Assembly: GCA_965249275.1 (NCBI GenBank)
Contig: CBDFLQ010000005.1
Span: 416,001 to 480,000 of the forward strand
From: Dehalococcoidia bacterium
GTDB lineage: Bacteria > Chloroflexota > Dehalococcoidia > Plut-88900
Direction of reading: 5' to 3'
Length of the DNA stretch: 64,000 bases
Of the stretch, positions 52,365 through 62,004 are shown in pieces. The notes beneath the pieces are model-generated. The model did not search any database, was not told where the DNA came from, and saw nothing but the letters and a program-made list of their open reading frames with translations. The translations under genes and the position numbers were made by a program. How positions within the stretch are numbered: position 1 is the stretch's first letter; the number at the start of each line of letters is the position of its first letter.

Positions 52365-53538
52365 GACTTAGAGGATCCCCGAATATATGCTCCGCAATGC
52401 TTGGGAGGGTCTTAACTTTCACTCCCAATAAGTCAGCTGCCTCACTGCTGAGCAGGGATCCTTCCGCCGCTCTGGAAATGACGGCACCGGTAAACTCTGC
52501 CCCATTACGAGCAGTCACAGTGTTGCGGAAATCCCCACCTGATGAACCCGTCTGTTGCGCCTTTCCTGCTTGTTCTACGAGTCGGCTATAGGCGCCTCTG
52601 TACTCGTCAATCCGCAAGAAGGCCTCGTCATGAGCTTTGCGCAAGATCACCATTGGGCTCACCTTATAGTGGCCGCTCAGGTTGCTCAGGTTGTCTTCCC
52701 AAGCTGGACGGCCAAAGACCCAACGGGATCGAAAGTCCTCTCTGGGAACCAACGTTTCAGCAGCAACGCGGTTACAGAACTGCTCTAAAGTGCTGTCTTC
52801 CCTTTCTCGGCTTAGACCGTAGTCTGGGTTAGATATCCCACCTTGTCCCAACCAGATATGGGCTAACTCATGTGCGAGAGTGAAGATTTGTGCCCCTTTG
52901 AAATCCCCGCCATTTATGAAAATTAGCGGAGCAATGTGATCGCTTATTGAGAAGCCGCGGAATTCATCGACATCCAGTAGACGGTGATTATTGTTGCCGA
53001 CTACACCGCTGCGCATCACCATGATCCCAGACTTCTCTGCGTTGCGACTCAGTTCCCGCATAAACCCTTCACGGTCGGACGCCCGCCGTCTCGCAGCATC
53101 AACATCAATCACCTCGCGAATATCGCTGGCCACTACATCCTCTGGATCAGTTGTACCGAAGCGGCCCACGAAGGAGAGCTCCTCTACTCCCTGCGACTCC
53201 CGATATTGTCGATACCATTCTTGTTTGCCCAGCACATCGTTAAGTAAGTCCAAGAAGTCGGCGCTGGGTTCTTTGGAGTTTTGACCAGGGATGATACGGA
53301 AGTCGGGAAGCGGCAGTTCTTCAATCGGAGGCTCGGGCAGGTACAGATAACCGAAGGGAACGTACACAGCTTGGGCGAATAGCTGGGCCTGCCTAAAGGT
53401 GGGTCGTTTCGCCCCATCCTCCCAAGCGTCGATTGCCTCCGGCTTGACGTTTAACCTACTAGCAAGTTCTCCGACTTCAAGTCCACGCCGTAGCCGTGCC
53501 CAAGTCAGCACATCTGGAGTGACCAGCGCCTCGGTCAT
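52357..53538 (-). CDS. XRE-HTH + ImmA/IrrE Zn-metallopeptidase
   Basis: N-terminal HTH (LTWAR...WEDG.KRPT), EFRGFS, FTLAHELAHIW (HExxH), EQFCNRVAAE. Confidence 0.88.
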   Translation of the reverse strand: MTEALVTPDVLTWARLRRGLEVGELASRLNVKPEAIDAWEDGAKRPTFRQAQLFAQAVYVPFGYLYLPEPPIEELPLPDFRIIPGQNSKEPSADFLDLLNDVLGKQEWYRQYRESQGVEELSFVGRFGTTDPEDVVASDIREVIDVDAARRRASDREGFMRELSRNAEKSGIMVMRSGVVGNNNHRLLDVDEFRGFSISDHIAPLIFINGGDFKGAQIFTLAHELAHIWLGQGGISNPDYGLSREREDSTLEQFCNRVAAETLVPREDFRSRWVFGRPAWEDNLSNLSGHYKVSPMVILRKAHDEAFLRIDEYRGAYSRLVEQAGKAQQTGSSGGDFRNTVTARNGAEFTGAVISRAAEGSLLSSEAADLLGVKVKTLPSIAEHIFGDPLSLD

Positions 53539-53715
53539 CCTTCTCTCCATTCGCGGGATTCAGACCATACATTAGTAGACAAAGGGGCCATTCCCTACAC
53601 CCCGATAGAACAAAATATTGGCTGTTTATCTCTGACGGGTGCAGTCCCCTAGCTGTCACACCTGCAAATTTTAACGCCATTCCCGCAGAGACGGTCGCTA
53701 AGGTGAGGGTAACCT

Positions 53716-55158
53716 CTACCCGCCCTTCAACTCCCTCGCCGCCAGCTCTTCAACCACTGTGCCCTTGAAAAAGTCCGGGTTCATGTCGCCGTAGAAGTGT
53801 GCCGCATTTGTGAAGGTGAAGTCCCGGAAGTCTTCCTCCGTCATCAACTCATGCTCCACCAGCTCGTAGGCCTCCTCGACAACCTCCCGGACGTCCGTCA
53901 CGTCCCAGTGCCCGATGTCCGAGCTGAATATCGCCCTCAACTTCGCTCCCATCGGGTTGACCTTCGTGTTGAACGCATGCGCGTTCATCGGGTCGTCCGC
54001 CTCGCACCCGAAGAAGAACCGATCCACGAACAGGTCGAGCATCTCCTCGGGCCGCTCCATCGGGACCCGGGAAAAGTCGTCGATTTCTTCCGGCGCCGGC
54101 TCACCGGCTAGGTACAACTCCCGTATCTCTTCCATCCGGGCCTTTTGGGACGGCTCCCCCTTCTCCGCGATGAAGCCCATCACCGCTTCAACGTCGAGGT
54201 GCCGGGGGTCGAGCTGCCTTATTCCAGCCGCGCCCCGCTTCTCCCAGTGCCCGATGATGTCGGAAAACAGCCTGCACGCCCACCCGACTCCCCCCTCCAG
54301 GAACGCCACCCTTAGCTCCGGGAACCGCTTGGTCACCCCGCCCAGGAACAGCGCCTTCGCCATCGACTCGTGGGCCACCGAGAAGGTGTTCAGATGGTTG
54401 TACATGTAGTTGGAGGTCGAACGGGTGCCCCAGCCCATGTTGGCAGCATGGGAGGCCGGGGCCACGTTCAGTTCGACGCACTTGGCCCAGAACGGGTCGT
54501 AGTCATAGTCGCCGTCTATGGTGAGTACATCCATCCTCCGGCCCACGTTGCCAAGCTCCGGGAACTCCTTTCCCACCTTGAACAGCGGCCTCATCGCCCG
54601 GCCCTCGATCATCGCAACCTTCAGCCCAAGCACGTTGACGGCATACTCCAGCTCCTCTATTGCCATCTCCGGTGTCTGCATCGGGATGGCCGCCGCTGGT
54701 GTCATCCTGTCGGCATAGGGGCGATAGATCTCGGCCAGGTAGGCATTGAGCCCCCGACATCCCGCCTGCCGGACCTCGGGGTCCGGTATCCGATCGAAGA
54801 AGAGCCCCTGCGTCGGGTACAGCACTGCGTAGTCTATCCCGATCTCGTCCATCCTCTCGTGCAGGAGTTTCGGGATAGTCGCCGTTACCCTGTCCAACGT
54901 CTTGGGTGATTCGAACCACCACCCCGGCGCCGTCACGAATTCATAATCGCGCTGCTCCTGCGACATCTCGTGCCAATGGACGCCGACCGCCTGCGCCAAC
55001 CCTTCCTCATACCGCTTCTTCATCTTCGCTCCCCCCACCTCCCCCACGAACTCCACCACCAGGGGCATGACTTCCAGCGTATGCCCGTCCGAGTCGATTA
55101 TCGGGTGCCCCAATCGGCTCCGTATCTCCTGACTTCGCGACGGCTTGGTGCTAACCAT
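53716..55158 (-). CDS. Amidohydrolase_2 paralog 3
   Basis: Same motifs as paralog 1; overlaps paralog 4 by 8 nt. Confidence 0.88.
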   Translation of the reverse strand: MVSTKPSRSQEIRSRLGHPIIDSDGHTLEVMPLVVEFVGEVGGAKMKKRYEEGLAQAVGVHWHEMSQEQRDYEFVTAPGWWFESPKTLDRVTATIPKLLHERMDEIGIDYAVLYPTQGLFFDRIPDPEVRQAGCRGLNAYLAEIYRPYADRMTPAAAIPMQTPEMAIEELEYAVNVLGLKVAMIEGRAMRPLFKVGKEFPELGNVGRRMDVLTIDGDYDYDPFWAKCVELNVAPASHAANMGWGTRSTSNYMYNHLNTFSVAHESMAKALFLGGVTKRFPELRVAFLEGGVGWACRLFSDIIGHWEKRGAAGIRQLDPRHLDVEAVMGFIAEKGEPSQKARMEEIRELYLAGEPAPEEIDDFSRVPMERPEEMLDLFVDRFFFGCEADDPMNAHAFNTKVNPMGAKLRAIFSSDIGHWDVTDVREVVEEAYELVEHELMTEEDFRDFTFTNAAHFYGDMNPDFFKGTVVEELAARELKGG

Positions 55159-56620
55159 TCAACACCCCCTCCGCCGCCGACTCCACCGCCGTGCCCTTGA
55201 AGAAATCCGGGTTCACCTCCCCGTACATCTTCACCACGTTTTCGAACACGAAGGCCCTGAAGTCTTCCTCGGTCATTAGCTCGTGCTCCAGCATCTCGTA
55301 GGCCTCCTCCACGACCCCCAGCATGTCCGGCACGTCCCAGTGCCCGATATCCGAGCTGAACACCGCTTTCAGCTTGGCCCCCATCGGATTAACCTTTGAG
55401 TCAAAGGCCCACGCGTTCATCGGGTCATCGGCTTCGCATCCGAAGTAGAAGGGCTCGACGAACAGGTCCAGCATGTCCTCGACGCTATCCATGGGAACGT
55501 GAGACCAATCGTCGGTGTTGGGCGGGGTGGGGCGGGGCGCTGCGAAATTGGCCCGCACCTCGTCCAGATGGTCCAATATTCGGCCCTCACTGTACTCCCG
55601 AGCCAGCTCCATCGCCAGTTCGATGTCCAGGTTCCGGGGGTCGAGCCTCCCAATCTCTTTCCCATTCCGCTTCTCCCAGTGTCCTATCAGGTCCGAGTAC
55701 AGGTTGCAGGCCCAGGCCACGCCACCTTCCAGGAACATGAAGTTCAGACCCGGGAACCGCTTCGTCACCCCGCCAAGGAACAGCGCCTTGCAGAACGTCT
55801 CGTGGGCGTATGCAAACGAGCTAAGGTGGCTAAAAACGTAGTTGGATACGCTCACGGCCCCCCACCCGGCATCGCTGCCGTGGGACGCGGGCACAATCTT
55901 CAGCTCCTGGCACCGCTTCCAGAACGGATCGTAGTCATAATCGCTGTCCAGACCGATCACGTCCATCTTCCGGATGTACCGCTCGGCGCCCGGGTACTCA
56001 TCCCGGTACTTGGCTATGGGCCGCTCCACGCGGCCAGGCAGCATAATCACCTTCAAACCCAGCTCATTGACAGTGTATTCCATCTCCCGGATGGCTATCT
56101 CCGGCGTGTCCATGGGCACGATGGCGGCGGGCGTCATCCGGCGCGAGTACGGCCCGTAAAGGTCCGCTGCGTAAGCGTTTATGGCCCGGCACACGATGAG
56201 CCTTTGCTCCTGCGGCTCTATCCGGTCGAACGCGAGACCCGTGGTCGTGTAAAGCACCGCATAGTCGAGACCCAGCTCGTCCATCCGGTCGTTGAGGACC
56301 CTGGGCACCGTGGCCGTGGCCCGGTCCAGCGCGCTGCGGGTAGGCATGGCCCACCATGGCAAGGCCGGCACCCATTCCTCCTTCTTCTCCTCGAGGGTCA
56401 TCTCGAACCACGTTTTCCCATTTTCGAGGGCGGCATTGCCCGTCTCAGCGGCACCTTCCATCGACTTGTCGAACAGGTCGCGGGCGTCGGCGCCGCCAAC
56501 CTGGTACACGTAGTCCGAGACCACGGGGGTAAGCTCCAGCATATGCCCGTCCGCATCCACTATCGGATGCTTCAGGCTGCTCCGTATCTGCTGGCTCCGT
56601 GAGCCCTTCGCGCCTACCAT
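55151..56620 (-). CDS. Amidohydrolase_2 paralog 4
   Basis: HPIVDADGHMLE, GCEADDPM, FSSDIGHWDV. Confidence 0.88.
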   Translation of the reverse strand: MVGAKGSRSQQIRSSLKHPIVDADGHMLELTPVVSDYVYQVGGADARDLFDKSMEGAAETGNAALENGKTWFEMTLEEKKEEWVPALPWWAMPTRSALDRATATVPRVLNDRMDELGLDYAVLYTTTGLAFDRIEPQEQRLIVCRAINAYAADLYGPYSRRMTPAAIVPMDTPEIAIREMEYTVNELGLKVIMLPGRVERPIAKYRDEYPGAERYIRKMDVIGLDSDYDYDPFWKRCQELKIVPASHGSDAGWGAVSVSNYVFSHLSSFAYAHETFCKALFLGGVTKRFPGLNFMFLEGGVAWACNLYSDLIGHWEKRNGKEIGRLDPRNLDIELAMELAREYSEGRILDHLDEVRANFAAPRPTPPNTDDWSHVPMDSVEDMLDLFVEPFYFGCEADDPMNAWAFDSKVNPMGAKLKAVFSSDIGHWDVPDMLGVVEEAYEMLEHELMTEEDFRAFVFENVVKMYGEVNPDFFKGTAVESAAEGVLNG

Positions 56621-56637
56621 TTTCCGATCTCTTCTCC

Positions 56638-56671
56638 CGTCATTCCCGTGAAAACGGGAATCCAGGGGTGG
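56638..56671. repeat. REP-like family C (CGTCATTCCCG-N-CGGGAATCCAG)
   Basis: TTCCCGT-GAAA-ACGGGAA hairpin; relatives at 53675, 59296, 59404 and 59941. Confidence 0.7.
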
Positions 56672-56682
56672 AGTGTCAACAC

Positions 56683-58140
56683 TTACCCACCATTCAACAC
56701 CTTCGCCGCATCCGACTCCACCGCCGTGCCCTTGAAGAAGTCCGGGTTCATGTCTGCGTACAGGTGCACGGCGTTGGTGAATACGAAGTCCTCAAAGTCC
56801 GAGTCGGTCATCAACTCATGCTCGACCATCTCGTAGGCTTCTTCCACCACCTCACGCATGTCCGGCACGTCCCAGTGCCCGATATCCGAGCTGAACACTG
56901 CCTTCAGCTTCGCACCCATCGGGTTCACCTTCGTGTTGAAGGCCCAGGAGTTCATCGGATCATCAGCTTCGCAACCGAAGTAGAACGGCTTGACGAACAG
57001 GTCGTGCATCTCCTCTTTCGTTTCCATCTGCACGCGGTGCCAGTCGTCGACCTGGCGTGGAGTCGCGTCCCCTGCGTCGATCATCCGCCCGATGTCGTCC
57101 CGTCTCGACTGCATCGACTTGTGCCCATGTTTGTCGATCAGATCCAGCATCATGTCCTTGTCGACGGTGTTGGGGTCGAGCTTCCAGATCTCGCGGCTGT
57201 TCCGCTTCTCCCAGTGGGAGATGATCCCAGCGTACAGCGAGCAGGCCCACCCCACCCCACCCTCCAGGAAGGCCACGTTCAGATCGGGGAACCGCCTGGT
57301 CACACCGCCCATGAACATGGCCTTGCAGAACGCCTCGCTGGCCTTTGCGAACGCGCCGATGTGGTTGTACACGTAGCTGGATATCGAGCCCTGCGCCTCC
57401 CACTCGAACGCACTGGCGTGGCACGCCGGAGCAGTCCCAAGCTCCATGCACTTAGCCCAGAACGGATCGTAGTCATAGTCGCTGTCCAGGCCCAGGGGGT
57501 CCAGCCGATGCACGTGATGGGCTATGCCCGGGGCCTCAGCCTCCAGCTTCGGTATAGTCCGGCGTACGAGACTGGCGATCACCGGGACCTTCAGCTTAAG
57601 CGTCTTTATCGAATACGCCAGCTCGTCGATGGCCTCTTCCGGGGTGTACATGGGGATCATGGCAGCGGGGGTCATGCGGTCCGAGTACTCGCCGTAGATG
57701 TCGGCGTGGTAGGCGTTCAGGGCCCGGCAGGAGATGCGCCTTATATCGTCGTCACTCTCGTCCTGGAAGCGCATCAGGCCCGGCCGCCAGGTCGGGTAGA
57801 TCACAGCGTAGTCGATGCCAAGCTCGTCCATTCTACGGTGCAACAGGTTAGGCAGCGACGCCGTGGCCCGGTCATAGGTGTTACTGGCGGGCATTCCCCA
57901 CCACGCCGGGGCGGTGAGCCAGTTGTAGCGCCGGGCCTCGTCGGACATCTCGACCCACTCTTGCTTCTCGCTGAACTTCAGCATCTCCCCGAACCGGTCC
58001 CTGACGTCCCGGCCCCCGATGTCCTGCACGTAGTCGAGCAGCGCGGGATTCAGCTCCAGGTTGTGCCCATCCGAATCTATGATCGGGTGGCGCAGCTTGC
58101 CCCTTATCTCCTGGGAACGGGACGGCATTGTACTTACCAT
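56683..58140 (-). CDS. Amidohydrolase_2 paralog 5
   Basis: Same motifs as paralog 1; its GGAGG RBS overlaps the pheS stop codon. Confidence 0.88.
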   Translation of the reverse strand: MVSTMPSRSQEIRGKLRHPIIDSDGHNLELNPALLDYVQDIGGRDVRDRFGEMLKFSEKQEWVEMSDEARRYNWLTAPAWWGMPASNTYDRATASLPNLLHRRMDELGIDYAVIYPTWRPGLMRFQDESDDDIRRISCRALNAYHADIYGEYSDRMTPAAMIPMYTPEEAIDELAYSIKTLKLKVPVIASLVRRTIPKLEAEAPGIAHHVHRLDPLGLDSDYDYDPFWAKCMELGTAPACHASAFEWEAQGSISSYVYNHIGAFAKASEAFCKAMFMGGVTRRFPDLNVAFLEGGVGWACSLYAGIISHWEKRNSREIWKLDPNTVDKDMMLDLIDKHGHKSMQSRRDDIGRMIDAGDATPRQVDDWHRVQMETKEEMHDLFVKPFYFGCEADDPMNSWAFNTKVNPMGAKLKAVFSSDIGHWDVPDMREVVEEAYEMVEHELMTDSDFEDFVFTNAVHLYADMNPDFFKGTAVESDAAKVLNGG

Positions 58141-58150
58141 GGCGGGCCTC

Positions 58151-59194
58151 CTAAAACTGTCTCAGGAACCGTATGTCGTTCGAATAGAAAAGCCTGATAT
58201 CGTCTATGCCGTACTTGAGCATGGCTATCCGCTCCGGCCCCAGACCGAACGCGAAACCCGTGTACACGCTCGGGTCGTAGCCCACGCGCTCAAGCACCTT
58301 GGGGTGCACCATGCCTGCACCCATTATCTCTATCCACCCGGTCCCGCTGCACACCCGGCACCCTCGCCCCTCGCAGAGGAAGCAGTCGATGGACATGTCG
58401 ACTCCCGGCTCGACGAAGGGGAAGTAGTCGCAGCGGAACCTGACCTTACGCTCGGCGCCGAAGAGCATTCTGGCGAACTGGAACAGGGTGCCCTTCAAGT
58501 CGGCGAAGGTTATGCCCTTGTCGACCGCTAGGCCCTCGACTTGGAAGAAGATGCTTTCGTGGGTGGCGTCGGTGGCCTCGTAGCGGTAGACGCGGCCGGG
58601 GACTATGACCCGGATGGGGGGTTCCCGACTCTCCATCACCCGTATCTGCATCGGCGAGGTGTGAGTACGGAGCAGCATGGGCCGCTGGCCGTCGTCAGTC
58701 TCGTAGTCTATCCAGAGGGTGTCCCACATGTCGCGGGCAGGGTGGCCCTGGGGAATGTTTAGCGCCTCGAAGTTGTAGTAGTCCCACTCAACCTCCGGCC
58801 CCTCTACCACCTGGAACCCCATGCTGTTGAAGGCCTCGCATATCTCCCGGAGCATCTGGGTAGTCGGGTGCAGGCGGCCCAGCTCGACGGGATGTCCAGG
58901 CAGCGTGACGTCGATGGCCTCCCCGAGCCTCTTGGAAAGCTCATCCTGCTTGAGCGCCTCTTCCTTGTCAGAAAGGGAACCCTCCAGCCGGTTCTTCGCC
59001 CTGTTCGCCGCCGACCCCGCCTCTCGCCTCTCCTCCACCGGCAGCGAGCTTACTCCCCGCAGCAGCTGGGTCAGCGACCCCTTCCGCCCGAGATACGAGA
59101 CGCGCCACTTTTCCAGCGCCTCGGGCTCGGCCAACGGCTCAAGCTCCGAAAGGGCTCTTGAAGTAAGCTCTTCAACCTGCTGCATCATGGTCAT
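58151..59194 (-). CDS. pheS: Phenylalanyl-tRNA synthetase alpha subunit
   Basis: [58 protein letters not shown]. Confidence 0.98.
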   Translation of the reverse strand: MTMMQQVEELTSRALSELEPLAEPEALEKWRVSYLGRKGSLTQLLRGVSSLPVEERREAGSAANRAKNRLEGSLSDKEEALKQDELSKRLGEAIDVTLPGHPVELGRLHPTTQMLREICEAFNSMGFQVVEGPEVEWDYYNFEALNIPQGHPARDMWDTLWIDYETDDGQRPMLLRTHTSPMQIRVMESREPPIRVIVPGRVYRYEATDATHESIFFQVEGLAVDKGITFADLKGTLFQFARMLFGAERKVRFRCDYFPFVEPGVDMSIDCFLCEGRGCRVCSGTGWIEIMGAGMVHPKVLERVGYDPSVYTGFAFGLGPERIAMLKYGIDDIRLFYSNDIRFLRQF

Positions 59195-59250
59195 TTAAAA
59201 GTAAAACGTGTCTCGGAAGTGGGACATTCGCCTCCGGAGAATCGTGGGCA

Positions 59251-59279
59251 ATTATAGGTACGTACGCGGAAGGGGGCAA
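59251..59279 (-). promoter_or_regulatory. Sigma70-type pheS promoter
   Basis: Minus-strand TTGCCC-N17-TATAAT ~55 bp upstream of pheS, leaving no room for a T-box leader. Confidence 0.65.
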
Positions 59280-59295
59280 CGTTGCCCTCGCCACC

Positions 59296-59526
59296 CGTCT
59301 TTCCCGACCCCGATCGGGAATCCATCCCAGGGAGGGGCATTCCGCTCGCCCTGAGCTGAGTCGAAGGGTCTCAAGAGCGGAATGGGGCGGGGGGGATTAT
59401 CCCCGCCATTCCCGGGCGATCCAGATTGGGCCTAGTGTGCGCCTGTGGCATGAATCCGGAGGCGGGGTGGGGCCGCTCGTGCTGTCGTAGATCCGCTGGG
59501 GCGGGAGGCTCTCGAAGTATGAGCGG
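59296..59526. repeat. Cluster of REP-like palindromes (families B and C, two with nested inserts)
   Basis: TTCCCGA..TCGGGAATCC; TTCCGCTC..GAGCGGAA; CCATTCCCGG..[insert]..AATCC; CCGCTCGTGCTG[insert]..TCGAAGTATGAGCGG. Confidence 0.7.
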
Positions 59527-59586
59527 AGGGCTGAAGCTGCCAGATCGCATTCACCCAACTAACCTGTCTCCCCAAACCTCAAAAGA

Positions 59587-59931
59587 ATGCACCAAATACC
59601 CAAATTCATAGTCCTCTACCGTTCCCCCTTCCCCGCTGCCGACATGCTAAAGAGCGTCACCCCCGAGGAGATGCAGGAAGGCATGAAACTGTGGAAAACG
59701 TGGGTAGAAAAATGCGGCGACGCCCTCGTTGAAATGGGCTCGCCGCTGGCGCAGGGGCTGTCCATTGGCTGCTCCGGTAACTCACCCACCACCCCCAAAG
59801 GCAGCGTGACCGGCTACTCCATCATCCAAGCTGACACCCTTGACGAAGCCCTCAACCTCCTCGAAGGCCACCCCCACCTCGGCTGGCACGAGGACTGCCG
59901 CATAGACGTCCAGGAATTACTGGAGATTTAG
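59587..59931 (+). CDS. YciI/DGPF-like protein
   Basis: KFIVLYR...W.TW...GSPL...VTGYSIIQADTLDEA..LL.GHPHL. Confidence 0.75.
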   Translation: MHQIPKFIVLYRSPFPAADMLKSVTPEEMQEGMKLWKTWVEKCGDALVEMGSPLAQGLSIGCSGNSPTTPKGSVTGYSIIQADTLDEALNLLEGHPHLGWHEDCRIDVQELLEI

Positions 59932-60079
59932 GCCCCGGTCCGTCATTACGGCCCCCAAGCCGGAATCCATCCCCGAATCCCATCTAATCGCCTTGGCCCT
60001 ACTCACATATAGGCGGTGCGCCGCCACCACTGGTTTTTGGTAGAGTAATGCGATAGATAGGCAATAGAGGTAAGTCTGG

Positions 60080-61126
60080 ATGCAAGTACTAGGGTCAAAA
60101 ACTGGGTTTGAGCGGAGCGCCAAACGGTGCCAACAGCAATTCCGGGATTCGTCGCCAACCATCAGCAGCCACGGACGGTCACCCAAGGATGAAAAAGGGT
60201 TACGTAATCCTCACTTGCTGGCCAAAGGCTGGGAAGTTGAAAACCTTTACCCCGGTATCCGTGGTGAACGCGGGGCCATAGACTTCTTCAAACGGCGTGG
60301 GATGAAGTGGTGGAAAAGTTCCAGAAGCTGTGATGATAGTAAGTCGGACAGACCTACACGCAACATGGCCAGCTCTCAGGTGGCATGCGTCAATTTTCTT
60401 CTGCCGCTCGCAGATATACCAGGAGCCCTACGGGCATTGCTACACGCCATCGACGATGACGTTATAGACGTCGTGCGCATCCCGGGGCACTCATCTCTAG
60501 TGGAGTTCGAATGGAACGGGTTGAATTGCTCTCTTGAAGGCGGCCAAATGCGAGGTGCTCAGAACACTAGTATCGACGGTTTTATCGTCGCCGAAACGAA
60601 ATCAGGGAAAAGGCGAGCATACCTGCTGGAGTGGAAGTACGTTGAACAGTACCTTAGCCCCAACCCAGACTTCAAAGGTGACGGGACGGGAGGAGACACT
60701 CGCCGGCGGAGATATGCTAAGCGTTTCCACGCACAATTCTCATCATTCAATTCAGCCGCCGCCCCTAATTTGGACGACTTCCTTTTCGAGCCTTTCTATC
60801 AGCTAATGCGTCAGAGGCTATTGGCAGACCGGATGGTCCAAGACCGCGAACTAGGAGTTGACGAGGCTAAAGTAGTCGTAGTCGTCCCGAAAGAGAATTG
60901 CGCTTATCGCACCGTTTCCAGCGGCAAAGACACGACTTCACCGCTACTGGCCAAGAGATTCCCGCAGTTGGAAACTGTAGAGGAAGTTATGCGCGCTAGC
61001 CTCAAGAACCCGGATACTCAGTTCGGTATGGTGGCTCCATCCTCCTTGGTGGATGCCCTAGCCCGAGATCTGCCTGACGAAACCGCGGATTGGGCCGGGT
61101 ATTGGCGGTGCCGCTACGGCGTGTGA
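60080..61126 (+). CDS. PD-(D/E)xK putative restriction endonuclease (PGN_0703-like)
   Basis: SSQVACVNF, RGAQNTSID, LEWKYVE, YQLMRQRLLA. Confidence 0.7.
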   Translation: MQVLGSKTGFERSAKRCQQQFRDSSPTISSHGRSPKDEKGLRNPHLLAKGWEVENLYPGIRGERGAIDFFKRRGMKWWKSSRSCDDSKSDRPTRNMASSQVACVNFLLPLADIPGALRALLHAIDDDVIDVVRIPGHSSLVEFEWNGLNCSLEGGQMRGAQNTSIDGFIVAETKSGKRRAYLLEWKYVEQYLSPNPDFKGDGTGGDTRRRRYAKRFHAQFSSFNSAAAPNLDDFLFEPFYQLMRQRLLADRMVQDRELGVDEAKVVVVVPKENCAYRTVSSGKDTTSPLLAKRFPQLETVEEVMRASLKNPDTQFGMVAPSSLVDALARDLPDETADWAGYWRCRYGV

Positions 61127-61214
61127 CAACGCTCCCGATCCATTGGCGTCTCGGAGCTCCCACCCCATCCCTCTCCCCTGTGCCACCAGCCCTCCCCATT
61201 GTGACATCACCCCC

Positions 61215-61244
61215 TTGATCCAATCAAAACACTTGTACTATATT
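61215..61244 (+). promoter_or_regulatory. Putative promoter with LexA-like box
   Basis: TTGATC-N18-TATATT containing AAAC-ACTT-GTAC, a degenerate GAAC-N4-GTTC. Confidence 0.4.
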
Positions 61245-61292
61245 CTACCGCAGTTCCGACACCCCACGTCGGCCCTAATCAGGATAAGGAAT

Positions 61293-61358
61293 ATGGAACA
61301 TCCGCCTCTGGCGGATGGAACGCCCGCCTTTGGAGGATGGAACATCCGCCTCTGGCGG
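61293..61358 (+). repeat. Three tandem 22-bp palindromic units
   Basis: ATGGAACATCCGCCTCTGGCGG / ATGGAACGCCCGCCTTTGGAGG / ATGGAACATCCGCCTCTGGCGG; a related copy lies at 62265-62301. Confidence 0.85.
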
Positions 61359-61459
61359 AAGGAGTCCCATGAGTCGCATAAGCCTACATAGGCCCCGTCG
61401 TCCCCGAGCGGTATGGGACCGCCCGGCCAACGACACGCGCCTCCTCCCCAATCCTCATT

Positions 61460-61950
61460 CCCTCACCGTCTCCCAACTCAACCCCCACTACACGCGCTGC
61501 CCCAAGGCCGAACGCCTCCGCCTCCGCAGCGATCAATCATCGTTCCGCCCGGTCCCAGTGATCGGCTATGGAAGGTTCCCGGACAAAAACTGGCTTGCCC
61601 TTTCCAAGGGCCCCTGCCAAGTGCGCGCCCCACTTACCCGGCGCATCATCCTCGCCCCATCAGGCAACGCCCACGAGCACGGTGTCATGCTGCTCAACAG
61701 GGCCATTGTGCCCAGAGACTCCGCCGTCGTAGCCCTCGGAGAGCTCATTCCACCCAGCGACGGTATCGAGTCCACGCCCCCATATCTCCGAATGGTCGGG
61801 CACTTCTGGTGGTCGAGACTGCCCCACACCGAGATTTCCTCGCGTCTCCTCCACATCCTCTCAGAAGCACAGGGCTGTCGCAGAGCCGTCGCCGATGCAA
61901 CATGCATCGGTGCAGGCGTCGCCGTCTTACTGCGCAACCGTCCGGGACCT
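61460..61950 (+). pseudogene. Degenerate terminase-large-subunit-like fragment
   Basis: The frame of ORF 61315 contains RDSAVV...LRMVGHFWW...CRRAVADATCIGAGVA, a DATGxG-like nuclease-domain motif. No ATPase half; flanks are low complexity. Confidence 0.45.
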
Positions 61951-61980
61951 TCCATCCCTTCCCCCTCTGCCCCCTCCCCC

Positions 61981-62004
61981 GTAGGGGCGACCGGCTGGTC
62001 GCCC
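61981..62004. repeat. GTAG-type REP
   Basis: GTAG-GGGCGACC-GGCT-GGTCGCCC perfect hairpin. Confidence 0.7.

Noticed and set aside
48860-58140. DGR or recent gene conversion explaining the near-identical amidohydrolase C-termini
   Set aside because: In the copies I compared, DNA differs at many synonymous positions, I saw no adenine-specific pattern, and no reverse transcriptase is present. Protein-level purifying selection suffices.
48938-58197. Long plus-strand ORFs (448, 367, 532 aa) antisense to the amidohydrolases, and similar shadows at 8166, 20241, 24056 and 26910
   Set aside because: Typical antisense shadow ORFs of high-GC coding sequence, with no recognisable motifs.
59195-59530. 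T-box leader for pheS
   Set aside because: No AGGGTGGNACCGCG-like motif is seen, the promoter is close to the start, and the upstream hairpins are REP-like repeats.
61293-61358. Possible mini CRISPR array
   Set aside because: The 22-bp units are directly tandem with no unique spacers, and there are no cas genes in the window.
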